Source: a virus | Taxonomy: Duplodnaviria > Heunggongvirae > Uroviricota > Caudoviricetes | Virus record (IMG/VR): IMGVR_UViG_2563366855_000007 | Coordinates: 1-14,521 of that record | Reading direction: 5' to 3' (one strand) | Length of the DNA: 14,521 nt | Shown here: one piece after another, positions 14,282-14,521 of the stretch | How the letters are laid out: every line of letters starts with the position of its first letter | Position numbering within the stretch: the first letter of the stretch is position 1 | Notes under the pieces: generated by a model | What the model saw: only the letters and a program-made list of their open reading frames with translations | Told to the model about the DNA's origin: nothing | Databases searched by the model: none | Translations under genes and position numbers: made by a program

Positions 14282-14521
14282 ATGAAAAACCTGAAAAAAT
14301 TCATTCCCCCTGTTAAAAAACCTCGCCTCAGCGGCTGGCTGCTGACCTCAGTGCTGTTGCTGGGCACCATCGCTCTGGTCTCGCCACAGCAGTTGCCTGT
14401 TGTGATCTACAAGCTGGCACTCATCACGCTGGCAGCAGTGCTGGGTTACTGGCTTGACCGTTCGCTCTTCCCCAAAGCCCGTCCCGGTCAGTACCTGAAA
14501 CATGACGACAGGCTGATGGCT
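14282..14521 (+). CDS. Membrane protein, 3'-truncated at window end (at least 80 aa)
   Basis: ATG 14282 with AGGAGA SD 5 nt upstream; no stop before the window end. Basic N-terminus then two hydrophobic segments (LSGWLLTSVLLLGTIALV, VVIYKLALITLAAVLGYWL). Confidence 0.55.
   Translation, partial: MKNLKKFIPPVKKPRLSGWLLTSVLLLGTIALVSPQQLPVVIYKLALITLAAVLGYWLDRSLFPKARPGQYLKHDDRLMA

Noticed and set aside
1-14521. CRISPR arrays, rRNA or tRNA genes
   Set aside because: No regularly spaced direct repeats and no rRNA- or tRNA-like conserved stretches were seen anywhere in the window.

Overview
Enterobacterial-looking segment of a prophage or genomic island. The centre (about 3.2-11.8 kb) is a tightly packed, largely translationally coupled minus-strand operon that reads like the early region of a Mu-like transposable phage: Ner-like regulator, extra winged-helix regulator, DUF3102-like protein, DDE transposase (A-like), AAA+ ATPase (B-like), Gam, several small proteins (zinc ribbon, MazG-like, DUF2786-like), GemA and Mor, with a divergent XRE-type repressor gene on the plus strand. 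No late activator, lysis or virion genes follow Mor. Instead a strong intrinsic terminator is followed by a 3-TM membrane protein, small convergent ORFs with their own promoters, a YfjJ/YagK (inovirus Gp2)-like gene and a tandem pair of paralogous zinc-ribbon proteins. The other flank carries an orphan Dam-family adenine methyltransferase, a palindrome/hairpin-rich non-coding stretch, a P-loop kinase-like protein with small partner ORFs, and a 3'-truncated membrane protein. No rRNA, tRNA or CRISPR array was seen. All family assignments come from motif recognition by eye and recalled family signatures; no search was run. Element boundaries were not found.
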